Source: Oikopleura dioica (lineage: Eukaryota > Animalia > Chordata). Taken from it: a stretch of DNA of 64,000 bases. The stretch lies in the NCBI GenBank assembly GCA_907165135.1, contig OU015567.1, forward strand, positions 4,898,001 to 4,962,000, in the 5' to 3' direction. Under the pieces are notes generated by a model, which saw only the letters and a list, made by a program, of their open reading frames with translations, had not been told where the DNA came from and did no database searches. Positions 10,953 to 22,462 of this stretch are shown here, piece after piece. A program made the position numbers and the translations under genes. Every line of letters begins with the position of its first letter. The stretch's first letter is position 1.

Positions 10953-12493
10953 CAATTTTTAATCGCGATTCTGAATGAGCATCTTGAGATCTTTAAGTAG
11001 ACGCGTAAAAATTTTCAAAATATGAGGGTGCGACCTGCTTTTGGTTTTCCGCGGAGTCCCCTTATATATGTGTTTCATTAGCTAAAGTAAGAAATTATTC
11101 AAACACCACTTTAGATAAAATATTTCGGAAAACACAAATTAAAGAAAAAACTGGATTATTACGTCATATTCTGGTGCCTGTTTAACTGAATTAGCAGTCC
11201 TGATGAAAGTAGGACAAATCTGCGATGAGGAAAGAAGACCAATTCTTCAAATCAAGAGCCGGAATGCCTGGAACTATGGTGAAAATCTACCGGAGAGATT
11301 TTTATGCGAAAATTGCCATACAAATTGTCATTCGCGCGTCTCCGGAACAGTTCTAGTCTATGCTGGACACAACAATATTCTGAAGGCATCAACACTGGCA
11401 TTCCAAGATGTTGACCTAGATAAAGCAATTCAGGATAGTTCTTTCTCTATCTAAATCGTCGCAAGAACATTTTTTTTATCTATGTCCGATTATAAAGATA
11501 ATTAACAAAATAAAAATAAAAGAACTTTTCAAAGGTTTTACATAGAACCCTTACATCGCTGTTTACGAATGCAAGAAAAATCCTCTTTGTTCAACCTTTT
11601 CCACTTGCTAAGCCGCTTAGAACAATTGAAGAATCAACACAAAAATGGCTCAAGAAGATATTAAGTGCAAAAGTACCTAGCTTAGCTAACTATTATCGAG
11701 TAAAACAGGAAGAGGTTTTCATTTAATTGGAAATAGAACTAAAAAATTGAATGTTTTTGAGTACCGATTCTTCAGAAGCCTCAAACAGCATTTTTTTTCG
11801 CCAGATAAAGTTCATCTGAAAGACAATTATGCTCGTCAATTAATCGTCTCAATTATTCAGGTAAAATTGAGGATACTCATAGAAGCTTAGATTTAAGGAC
11901 CCTGCCCCCGGCATCATTCTTTTCGAAAAATGGATATTAAGCAAACAAGTCCTTAAATAAAGAATATTTTACAGTAACTTCAAATATCTTACTATCTGAA
12001 ATCTTTGCCTTTTAAATTATTTTTAATAGAGCGTCGAAAAACAAATTTTAACAGCGAATGACAGTTATCCAGAACCACGGAGTCTTCCTAAACGAAAGAA
12101 AGGTATTTATAAACATGAAAAATATGGTCGAAATCCTCAGTGTTAAAGTTTCAGATCGTCAAACAATCTTCTTTGACTGCTCTAAACTCTCTCTTATGCC
12201 GTCGAGAAAAAAAAGTAATTGCTTGTATCTTTATTTTTTAAATTTTAAAAATATTAAGGAAATTTTCATCGCAGAATGCCTGGATTTTCTGACTGAGAAG
12301 ATTTTTAAAAGAAGAACAAAACGAGAAGGAACAAACACAACATGCCTCATTCTTTTTAGTTTAAAGTGCTTTTTTATTTGCATCTTACACATATGCACGG
12401 TATAAAAATTATTTTTTGTTTTTAAAATTGATAAAATAATCGTTTTCATGTTTCAAATAAATAAAAATATGTAATTTACCGGCAAAAAAAAGT

Positions 12494-12538
12494 TGACCTC
12501 AAATGACCTCAGATGACCTCAAATGACCTCAAGTGACT
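12494..12538 (+). repeat. 10-bp tandem repeat TGACCTCA(A/G)(A/G), about 4.5 copies
   Basis: tgacctcaaa tgacctcaga tgacctcaaa tgacctcaag tgact. Confidence 0.8.
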
Positions 12539-13495
12539 TTAGAGCATTATTTGATTAATTTTTTGTAGTTTGTAATTAAATAAAAGTATATGCTTTATAT
12601 TTGCAAAATTAATGCAAAACTAATCCTCAAAAAAAAATTTTTGCAGCCCAAATGTTGCCCGATCTGCTTCAATTTTCGCGAGCACATAGATTCGACTATA
12701 GAGTTTCCGAAAAAAAATAGAAAAAAAAATTTGTTATGGAAAAATTTTGCTCTACGAGCAGTTAAAATTTCGGAATTTCCACCTCTGACAAGTCCAAATC
12801 TCGAAAATTTCAAAGATTTGGGCAGACTGTAAAAACGTTTTTTATACAGTTTGAGAAGCTCTTTCAGATGAGCCATTCAGAAAAAAAAATTTTTTTTTCA
12901 CCCTGCCACAATTGGAGACTTCTACCTTTCGCGATGATTTTCAGCTCTCCAATCGGGTCCTTTTCGATCTTTTTTGCTCTTTCTCGCTTCGTTTTCGCCA
13001 TTTTTAATGAAAAAACAAGGGTTGGGATGAAAAAAAAAGAAAGAGGATCTGATAAAATAACGCGAAGAAAGATAAGTGAAAAAGCCGGCCGCATAAAAAA
13101 TGCATAAAAATATTTTGACATCGGAATAATTTTGAATGCCCCTCAGTTTCACGACTGTATTTGGCGATTTGCAATCGAATTAGACTGTAAAAGTTTAATG
13201 CTGGATCTGCGCTGGTAAATAATGCGCCGAGGCTCTCAGGAAAGAAAGGAGGAAGGCCGTGATCATCCCTTTTAGCGATTAAAGATTTGTAGAGTATCGA
13301 TTGCAGCAGCTTTCTGCGATGGAATTCCTTCTGACAGACCACTTTCGTTTTTCATTTTCATCGTTTTTCAAACTTCTCTTTTATTTTTCTGATTTTCATT
13401 AACAAAAATTCCTGCAAGACTTACTTTCGCATAAATAAGAAGAGATTGAGATTCAAGAAAAACAAGCTCAAAACTGTAAGTATTTTTGAAGTGTC

Positions 13496-13862
13496 GACTA
13501 GGCCTGTGTTAGTAGCCTGTGTAAAAAACCTGAGTTAGAGTTTTCAAGAACTCTTATGCCAAGTCGCGTAGCGGATTTCATTTTTCATTTTTAGACCCTG
13601 ACTAAGGTTTTTTTCAAGTCGCCAAGCCAAATCTGAAGTATAAGGTCTTTCTAGGGGGAGGTGTCTGGAACCGACAAAAAAAATTTCGACAATTTTTGCG
13701 TGGGCGGCTACTCGGCTGCGAATTAGCCTTTTTGCCAAATCAAGGCTTCTGGTTGGTTGAAAATTTCCACGTAAAATTTGTCGAAATTTTTTGTCGGTTC
13801 TAGACACCTGACAGGACTAAAAATCGGACTCAGGTTTTTTCTAACAGGTTATTGAGCCCAAC
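13496..13862. mobile_element. Outer MITE (CCTGTGTAAAAAACCTGAG...CTCAGGTTTTTT..ACAGG) containing a nested second MITE
   Basis: Inverted arms at about 13516-13534 and 13830-13849. A related short copy lies at about 61078-61180. Confidence 0.55.
13654..13809. mobile_element. Palindromic approximately 155-bp MITE family, copy 1
   Basis: GGGGGAGGTGTCTGGAACCGACAAAAAAAATTTCGACA ... TGTCGAAATTTTTTGTCGGTTCTAGACACCT. Other copies at 43027-43180, 44058-44201 and 47686-47843. Confidence 0.85.
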
Positions 13863-14559
13863 TGAAGATGACCGAAAAAGATCAGCAAAATTTGAGATAA
13901 AGACATTTTATTATTCCGACGTTTATCTGTATCTTGTCGATTTTGTTCTGTATCTTCTTATCCGATATTGAAAAAGAGAAGAGCGTTCTTTTAATATTTG
14001 ATACTGGCAGAGATCTATATATTTTCGGCAAAGTATATTTCGAGTGAATTAAATTGCGCGTCGTAAATTCGCGTCGAATGGATCTCAACTGACAAGCAGC
14101 TTGGCAGATTGCTCCTCTTCTGTTGAATTATTTAGTTTCGCATTTGCTGGGACGGTTTGTTAACCTTCTGCGCTATTTGAGAAAAGATACTTTTTCGGGC
14201 GAAAAAAAAAGAGATTGAAAAAGAATTTTTGATTGCTCCGAGAAACTATGTTGCGAACATAACAGGTAGAATCGGAATTAAGGGTATCAGAGCGTTATTT
14301 GGTGCAATACAATCCGAAGTTTTTTGGCTAAAATACTTCAAACTGGGATATTACTATTGAATTAAATAAGGGCGTGACCAGATTAATTGATGAATTGACG
14401 TAATCTACTGTTTCTTTGGGAAAAATTTTGAATAAAATGTTCAAAAAAGTTTCATTGCAGATTTTGTGAAATCCCTTTTAGTTCATTATTCTTGAAAGAC
14501 TGTATCTTTGATACTGTTTTTTGAGAAATTATCCCTCAATTCAGCCGAACTTAAACAAG

Positions 14560-15135
14560 ATGGGAGCAGTGTCAAGCGCACCATCTGACCTATCCGATTA
14601 TGACGAAGATCCGACCGAAGCCACCCTCATCTACGAAACAGTAAACCTAAACGACGTCAAAAACGAATCTATCCGCCCCGGCTCTGGAAAAAATCCAAGC
14701 TCTTCGCAACAAGAAGACAAATACAAAAAGGTACACCAAAAAAAGCTGATGGAACAAATGTTGAGTTTTTTTCAGCAAAAGAGTATTTGCTGGAATTCAG
14801 TCGACGTCGAATACTTTCAAAATTATCTGCAGCAATTCAATTTGGGACCCAAATGTGGACATTTAGCCTTTCATGAGGTAAATTAAATTTTACCCGTTGG
14901 CGATGTGAGCAAATTTTCTCTAGACATGCTCTGACTGCGAGATTTACGCAGATTTCATCGACAAAAAAGACCATTTCTGCAAAAATTGCGTCCCTTCTGC
15001 GAAAACTCTTTTACAAAACGAAGCAAATACGTCCAAACAACCAATAGGTTCTCAAATTCAACCTTTTTCTTTTCCTGATTTTGAATTGTAGTGGTGGCAT
15101 TGCGTCACGTGGATGGGGACCAAGCATTTGTCTGA
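14560..15135 (+). CDS. Small 3-exon protein with MGAVSS N-terminus and Cys/His finger
   Basis: Joining exons at GT-AG sites gives ...KCGHLAFHE|TCSDCEIYADFIDKKDHFCKNCV...VVALRHVDGDQAFV*. Confidence 0.45.
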
Positions 15136-15369
15136 AAATTGTCTCTGAAATTAAATTACTTTTTTGCTTCCAAATAAAATCGAGTTCCAGAAATACTCTT
15201 TGTTGTTTTCAAATTCCTCTCTTGGAAAGAGCAAAGATAAGCCGTCAGATTTAGATTTACGTTTTCAAGCAGGCCTGAATGCCAATTCGGCTTTGAATGA
15301 TACCTTTCCTGGGTGCTTTAACGGTGAGCAACAAACTTGAGCAGAAGTAAAGAAGAGAAAGTTGATGCT

Positions 15370-16547
15370 ATGAAAAATTCGCTCTGTGAAGAACAAGACG
15401 ATGACAATTACAATCGTTTAAGCAAAATGAAAATACAGTGTTTGGATTGTCATTGCTTCGGAACAGTGCGCAAAGTTGGTGACAAAGTCTATCTCTTCAC
15501 CGAAGAAATCCTATCCACAAGAAAGATCAATACACAAATGGTCGATTTCGAGGAAGAAAAATCATGGAAGAAAAAAGTGAGCCTGGCGGAGCATGGATAC
15601 TCCACCGACAAGCAAAAGTATACTTACTTAGGACTTGGCTCGCTCTTCTGGATAACAATCATGCTTCTAGGTAGTTTTACTCTATGAATCATAGACTATG
15701 ATCTCAATTTTGCGAGAATCTTAAAAATTTTTTCAGCGAATTTTGCTTCATTGGAGAACTCCAAACAACAAACTACTTTTCTGACATCAACTTGCCATCA
15801 AAGCTACAAAAAGTGCGTTCAACTCGAATCAATGGATATCTGTGGTCATCTGATGAAGCAATGCTTCGCTACACAAGAATTCATCCTTCCGAAGCCGATT
15901 GCCGTCATCAAGCCAGAAGAAAGCGAACTGATCGTTTTCTCTGAAGAAGAAAACAAAGTAAATCTGCGACGCTGCAAGAAGAAAAAGTTTTACGACCAAA
16001 AAGTTTGCTGCCATCTCTGCTCAAAAACATTGATCCTGAAATCAACGAGGACTCATCCAATCACGCCATGTGAATCAGTCTGCTTTCAATTGACCAGATC
16101 TTTTGATTCTGCTGGAGATGTTTGCCCGACTGAGAAATATTGCAAAAGCGGATGTCCTTGTCCATTTTATGAATGCGAAAAGACAAAGGCTATTATAGTC
16201 GGAAGAAAGGAGGAGAAACAAAAGCAGAGCTTCATGAAGGCGATGTCGTCTTAGTCGATTTTTCACCGGATCAGGGGAAAAATAAGAGCATCGTTTTTCC
16301 AGACGATGATATGTTTGCCAACTACGCATTAGGCGCTACCTTTCTCAATGGAGAACACTACTTGGCCGACCGAAAAGGAAATTTGATGCGAGTCATTGAA
16401 AGTGGAAGGAATACTCTGTTAATTGAAAATCGTGTTTATCAGAGGTTTCGAAGTTTAAAAAATAGCCCGGATTTTGCTAATCAGAGCATTATAGTACTGG
16501 CAATTACCACTTTCATTTCGGATCGTCTATTGGAACTCATAAAATAA
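15370..16547 (+). CDS. Cys-rich single-TM protein (CPTEKYCKSGCPCPFYEC motif), with an apparent frameshift or unresolved intron near 16200
   Basis: ORFs 15337-15687 (hydrophobic end), 15751-16254 (Cys-rich) and 16173-16547 overlap in different frames. Confidence 0.4.
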
Positions 16548-18939
16548 CGATCAGAAATAAGGAAAAGAACACGACTGTTTTTTCGACGATTGTTATCTGG
16601 AAAAGGTCAATAGCAAAGACTCAAATTAAATAATTCTTTACTTATCTTGATCAATATAAGCTCTCCTGAAAATCGGCAAGATAAATGTTTTTATTACGCA
16701 CCTGATTATAATCTAAACAGATTCGAAACCGCACAAGGTTAGTTCAAATTGAATTTTCTCTATGTATGTCATCGCAAGGCTATATCGCGAGCAATCATTT
16801 CAATGCGAAAACTTCTTCGGTCAGTTTTGGCGGAAAATTCTTTCTGATGAGCATCAGGTTGGGTAGGAACTGGATCACATTGTCAAAAGTGGTCGCTCTC
16901 AACTCAATCAGACAAAATGAGGAGCTCGAAAAAGGGTGGCGAAAGGATGAAATCGCTGTGCCGTCAATGTTCCGTGATTTTGACCCCGTGCATGTTATTC
17001 CTTTGGAATGGATTCGAAAGAATTTTGTCGGTATTTTTTCGTTTTTTCTGAAATCCACTCGAGATAGATCTCGGACAACTGATGCTCATTCTCGTTTCGA
17101 GGAGCATAGATTTGTCGAACATGCAGTATTCCCTTTTACTCGAGAAAGAAGGCAAATTTTTGACTCTTGGAAATGAGTGGATCGGATCTCTGGTCAAGTA
17201 CGATCGAGAATCGCGTTGTTTCTCTGGCTTATACGCTCCTCACGACTTCGGTTACTCGAATCCTTTCGGAACTAACAATGATGAATGCGAATATTTCATC
17301 AATGCTTTTTTGAACAACGACCGGATTTACGTACAAAACATTGTCTTTGACACTACTTTTGAAATATATTTTGATTTCGGAAGGGATTTTGAACTTCAGA
17401 CTTTTCCATCATAAATTTTTTTTTCGATTCCGACAAAAGATAAGATCGAGCTTGATTATCAGCAACAAAACACGAGTAATAGAATGCATGTGACCAGCAA
17501 CCCGTATTTTGCTTTCCATGATGATGTCTTTCCCAAATTTGCTAAAAACGCTGTAAGCGGAACTCGTCCATTTCCCCAATCAGCAATGGCTCTAAAAACT
17601 GATTGAGAGCTCAATAGCCAGTGCATGGTAGAGCCTTCTGAAAGCCAGTAGTTTATCTAAACCATATCCATTGGCGATTATTCCTAATTTTCCTTTCAAA
17701 TCTTTCAATGAGTCATTATTCCACATTTCTTCATTTCAACTTGATTTCAACGAAACTAGAAAACTCAATCTTGAAATGAAGGACAGAGTCGCAAACAGAA
17801 TCACAGTGAGAAATTATAAATGACTTGACTTTTTTGTAACTCAAAAAGTTCTAGTTAAATGCGGATTTCTTGGAGACCGGCTATTTTCGGCTATCCAAAA
17901 ATTTAAGAGGTGAATTCTTTATGCTTGAGATTGATCATATTCAAAAATCGAGACTGTGTCTGAGTGTGTTCAGTGTTAAAGTGAAGATTTTTCACTAAAA
18001 TTTCCATTTTTTCGCCTTTTTTCGGAGAAAACTTAAAATTTGATAGCATATTATTAATCCTCATCCTCGATTTAGTATTGTCCTAAATTTTTATATAAAA
18101 CCTATAAGAAAAAGTGATAACGGCAATCGCGGTCAGAAAGCGTTCCGAGCCCCGCGCGCTCCCGTGAAAAACCCTAGCCATAGAATTCATCAAATCGAAA
18201 GATTGCATTTTTTTCCCGGGAAAAGTGGCGAATGCCGGAGGAGTTGTCGGTTCTGGCTTTGAAATGACTCAGAGTTCTCAGCGACTTAACTGGTCAGAGG
18301 TAGAGTCAGATTTGAGTGTCGATCTTGAGAGATTTTTGAAAGGAAGAATTTGATGAAAAACTGAAATCAACGATGACTCACATCTGGAGAACTGTTTCTG
18401 ATACCGCCTCAGATCTTGGTCATCCTGGCGATTATATGGTAAGAAAATAAGTTTACTAGAAAAAAACAATTTTGTAGGTCGGAGCGAATTGTGCTGGATT
18501 CAAGAAGGTAGCCGAAGCTATGATTGCCCAGGGATATTGCTGAGATAAAAAAATGCTTATCCTCCTTTACTGACGAGTTTTGACTATCTGACTTAGTGGT
18601 TTTATACATTCTTTTCTTATTTGATCAATAAAATATTTGCTAAGATTCATAAGTCTACCGGTCGAGTGGTTTAGATTTTTTATTCATCGTTGGTTCGCTG
18701 CAGTGGACTTTTAAATTAGCCAAGAATGAGTGATCAAGTCGAAGCAAGTCGCTGACGTGTAATAAAGAAGACTGTAGTTCAAAATTTAAATGGGAAACAG
18801 CTTTTGTTGCCAAAAAAGTAGAGAAATATTTTGCTGCGAGGGAATTGAGTGTCTTTGTTGGAAAAATTCGCTTGAAGGAAAATTGATTAAAGAGAGCTAG
18901 AAATTCATCTTAACCGATTCTTTCATCGATAATGAGTCA

Positions 18940-19660
18940 ATGAAGACGGCGAAATGAGGAAAAAATCGAGTGTTAGAGAATCGACGGTGAAGAAATTGAA
19001 TGATTATTTGTTAAAATCGAAGATTGAAGAAATATTCGAAAGCTTACCGGTAAGAATGAACCAACTTTCGACTCGAAAAACGGACCAAAAGAGAGTTTAA
19101 ACACTTAGGGCGAATACCAAAAAGGCCCAATTTCGAGCAACTACTCCTTGATGCTAGAAACCATCCAGCAGGTACCTTATTCAAGTGGAAAGCTCTGTGG
19201 ATTAATAATTCAGTACATCGCTGATCTCAAGAACCAGTGTCTCTTGAATTCAACCGTCAACTCCCGCGCGCCTTCTCCAGTCAATTCTCTTTTTCCTTCT
19301 TGTCAGGGATCAATCTACAATTTGGCCAAGAGCCCGAGAGGCTCTGTTTACGGGCTTTCTCGAATGATGGTTTCGAGAAAACAGTCTGTCGAGAGCAAGT
19401 GCTCTTTGGACACGAGCAGGAGGGATTCAATCAGGAGGGACTCGATAGGAGCCATGCCACTAAATCCAGCGCTTAACTACGAGCGATTTATTTCGGCGAA
19501 AAGGAGATGCTCCTATGTTTCACAACGTAAGCGCTGACGAATTACAAGGCCCTGATTTTTTAGATTCGGACACGGATTCTTTGGATGTAAAAATGTACGG
19601 AAGAAAAATGAGCTACACTGGAAGTATGCGGGCAACGGCTCTAGAATCTAAGTCAATATT
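18940..19660 (+). CDS. Uncharacterised Ser/Arg-rich protein, multi-exon
   Basis: ORF 19148-19537 with RRDS/RKQS motifs. GT-AG intron at about 19528-19563 leads to a short last exon. Confidence 0.3.
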
Positions 19661-19838
19661 CTAACATCATTTCGAGTTTATAATTTTGATAAGGAAATTG
19701 ATGAAGAGATGCCGTTTTAAAATTATTCTAGAGCGTTTTAAAAGGCACATGCATTTGGAAGACATGTTTTGTAAGAAGATTGAGATTGACTGTTTAATCT
19801 ATTTTATAGAAGAAAAATAAACTTTGATTCTCAACTTG

Positions 19839-21376
19839 TCAGTACGGAATTTGAAATGGCTCAAATGAAGCACTTTCAACATCGACAAATTTCCTCGCCA
19901 CGCAAATTGCTCGTGCACTAAAATTTTTTCGAATCTTTTTTTTTTGTTGAAAAAATGAACTTACTAGCTTTTTCGAACGAGCGTGATTCCAAAAGAGGGA
20001 TGAAGGGCAAATGTGTACGGATCTGAAAATGATTGATAAGAGAAGAAAATATGATGAACAAGTATACCATTTTCTTGCCAAAAACACCATGGGATCCCAG
20101 TTTCTTTTTGATTGAAATTTTCGAGAATGAAACCACTATCCATTTGGGACGATTCACAGGATCTTGGACCTACGTAGACAAAGGTCTTATTTTCTCCCTT
20201 TTCCTCATGCCAAATTTCCTCACTCCTGACAAACAGTCCGTATTTGTCAATAAAGGTGGCGTTCAGGGTTCGGTAATTTGAGCTCGCGCTAAAACTCAAG
20301 GAAACAAAGCTTGAGACTCACGTTTTTTAATTTGAGTTTTGAGAACTCAGAGATGAGAGCTCGTGTTAAAAATCAATTCTGGCGATCCATGAGCCAATCA
20401 AGGAAGCGCTCGCTTAATTTGAGTTTTGAAAACTCAAATCTCTCAAATCTCCCAAAAACTCAAAACTCTCAAAACTCTCAAATCTTCTCAAAATGATTTC
20501 TCAAGTCACTTTGAGTTCTCAATTTGAGGAAATTTGAGCGTCTAGCCAAAATGAGTTTTAGCTTGAGCTCAAATTACCGAACCCTGGTGGCGTTGAGTTG
20601 AAGAGGTTTGCAGTTTATTGCGCAGTTGCGGAGGACTTTCACAAGCCCGTTTTCGTCAAAAGGATCATTTTCACAGATATGCTTAAAAAATATTATGATT
20701 GTCTTCAGGAAAAAAATATTTTTTACCCTATTGCCAATCCTTGATTCATGAAGATTCTCATCTATAAATAAACAAACTGGTATACCCACTGAAGTAAACT
20801 CCCTCTGGGCAAATATTTTTCGAGAGTTGAAATTCACGATCTTCTCCAAAGCTCTTGCATTGTAAATGTTTGCAATTTGGAGCTCTCCTGATGAAAAATT
20901 GACTTTTGAATTGATCCAGCCAAATGTTCCAGAGAGGAGACTATTTGTTTTTACTTCAAGTTCATCTGATGCAAGTTCAAGCCCACGAGTCGCACAGAAT
21001 TTCTCAGCGTCGTCGTATTTTAAATCCACTAAATAAATTTATTTTTTTATTTAATAAAATGATCCAATGAATTACTTAAAGAAATCGACAAATTTGCGAT
21101 GTAAAGCTTCTTTGATCCATTTTGGTCTATTTTGAAAAATATCGCCGGAAAATTCTCATAGCTAGTTAGGTTCAAGAATTGCAGGGGATAATTATTCACT
21201 GATGGATGTATTGAAGAGTAGGTATTCTCGGTTGGCAGTGGTGGAGCTTCGGTTTCTGTCGATGTCTCATTCCTGGTGGTCGAAAAAGACCTCGAAAGAG
21301 GAAGGACCGTTAGCAAAAGTGAAGTAAGAAATAAAAAGATAAAGATAATCAAATTGTGATAAATCTCCTTGTTCAT
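19839..21376 (-). CDS. Orphan N-terminally anchored glycoprotein 'X', copy A (C-type-lectin-like segment plus PWC motif), MITE-interrupted
   Basis: MNKEIYHNLIIFIFLFLTSLLLTVL hydrophobic anchor, YDDAEKFCATRGLELAS...GWIN, many NxS/T sequons. Colinear with copies at 36992 and 40306. Confidence 0.7.
20264..20586. mobile_element. hAT-type MITE, 323 bp, inserted in a coding exon
   Basis: Perfect 22-bp TIR CAGGGTTCGGTAATTTGAGCTC. Perfect 8-bp TSD GTGGCGTT at 20256-20263 and 20587-20594. The empty site is present in the paralogues (caactcaacgccaccttt at about 41065-41082). Confidence 0.95.
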
Positions 21377-21550
21377 TTTGGAAGAAAACAACGAACAGTT
21401 CCAATTTATAACGGGGTGATAATTATACGGTTGAATTGACAGCCAGCCTTCAATTTTAATTCAGTCAAGATATTATAATTGTCATAAAAGCAGTTTATCT
21501 CTTATGAAAAATGCGAATAATGGAATACGAAAATGAAATGAAAAATAAAA

Positions 21551-22210
21551 TTACAGTCTAACAGGTTTCTTCGTCTTTCGAATGTTGTTTGGAGTTTTTC
21601 CTTTGTTTGGCTTCTTCGACGGCTTTTTCTGCTTTTTCGTCTTCTTGGTCGTTTGCGCAGCAAAGAGATCTTCGAGTTCTTCGTCGCCCAAGGCTTCGCC
21701 ACTTGTTTTCTTAATATTTTCTTCGACGAGTGATTTTCGGAGACTTTCTGGCAGCAGACTGCAGGAATTCTTGTTGTTGTCAGGAATTTGAGCTGGAGTC
21801 GTAAACGCTTTTGTGAGCTTCTCTCTGCCAAGAGCAGTGGATGCAAGATGAACCAAGCGATGTGGGAAAAGTCGGGGATTTCGAACGAGGATATTCAGGT
21901 GCCATTGAAGAGTGCGGAGAAACTCGGGTTCTTTTGGGCAGTAAACATGGCTCGTAGGTGGCGAATCATCTTTTTCCCAAAATGAAGTTTTCTTGTTGAT
22001 CTTCTCAACATCAAAGGACCAAGCCGTCGGACCACGAAGAAACGTATCTGAGCAGTCGCTTGGCAATTTGATGCAACATCCGCAGGAGTATTCCCAAAAG
22101 ACGCCGGGTATCGACTTGAAGTCTTGAGTTTTGATGTAGAAGAACCACTCTTTTGAAGGATCATCCACTTCTGGCTCGACGACTAGTTTGTAAAAATTTG
22201 TTTTTGGCAT
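21551..22210 (-). CDS. Intronless orphan protein 'Z', copy 1 (219 aa, Cys-containing N-half, Lys-rich tail)
   Basis: Uninterrupted ORF, conserved as an open frame in the duplicate at 39483-40127. Confidence 0.7.
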   Translation of the reverse strand: MPKTNFYKLVVEPEVDDPSKEWFFYIKTQDFKSIPGVFWEYSCGCCIKLPSDCSDTFLRGPTAWSFDVEKINKKTSFWEKDDSPPTSHVYCPKEPEFLRTLQWHLNILVRNPRLFPHRLVHLASTALGREKLTKAFTTPAQIPDNNKNSCSLLPESLRKSLVEENIKKTSGEALGDEELEDLFAAQTTKKTKKQKKPSKKPNKGKTPNNIRKTKKPVRL

Positions 22211-22462
22211 TTTTCTGACTTATGTGAAATTTGAAATTTTCACTCGTTTATACGGTATCTTCACAGGAAGTTTATAGATGGCGCTAGAGAAGAGCACTGA
22301 TTCAAAAAGATAAGATAAGATAAGCAGCTGAAAAAGGCAGAACGCTGGCAGACAAGGCTGAAACAGCTGTAGAAAATTTCAATTTGTCGGCAAATTTAAA
22401 GAGCTTTGAAGTATAAAATTGATAATTTCTCCGGAAATCTTTCAAAAAAAAACAATTTCAAT

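Noticed and set aside
11203-11454. 83-aa ORF with a CENC..NC motif as a possible transposase fragment
   Set aside because: Too short, and no supporting neighbouring exons or family motif recognised.
13544-13807. Apparent protein family KFRQILRGNF(Q/K)P also seen at 42964-43206 and 47726-47932
   Set aside because: All three ORFs lie in copies of the same non-coding palindromic MITE.
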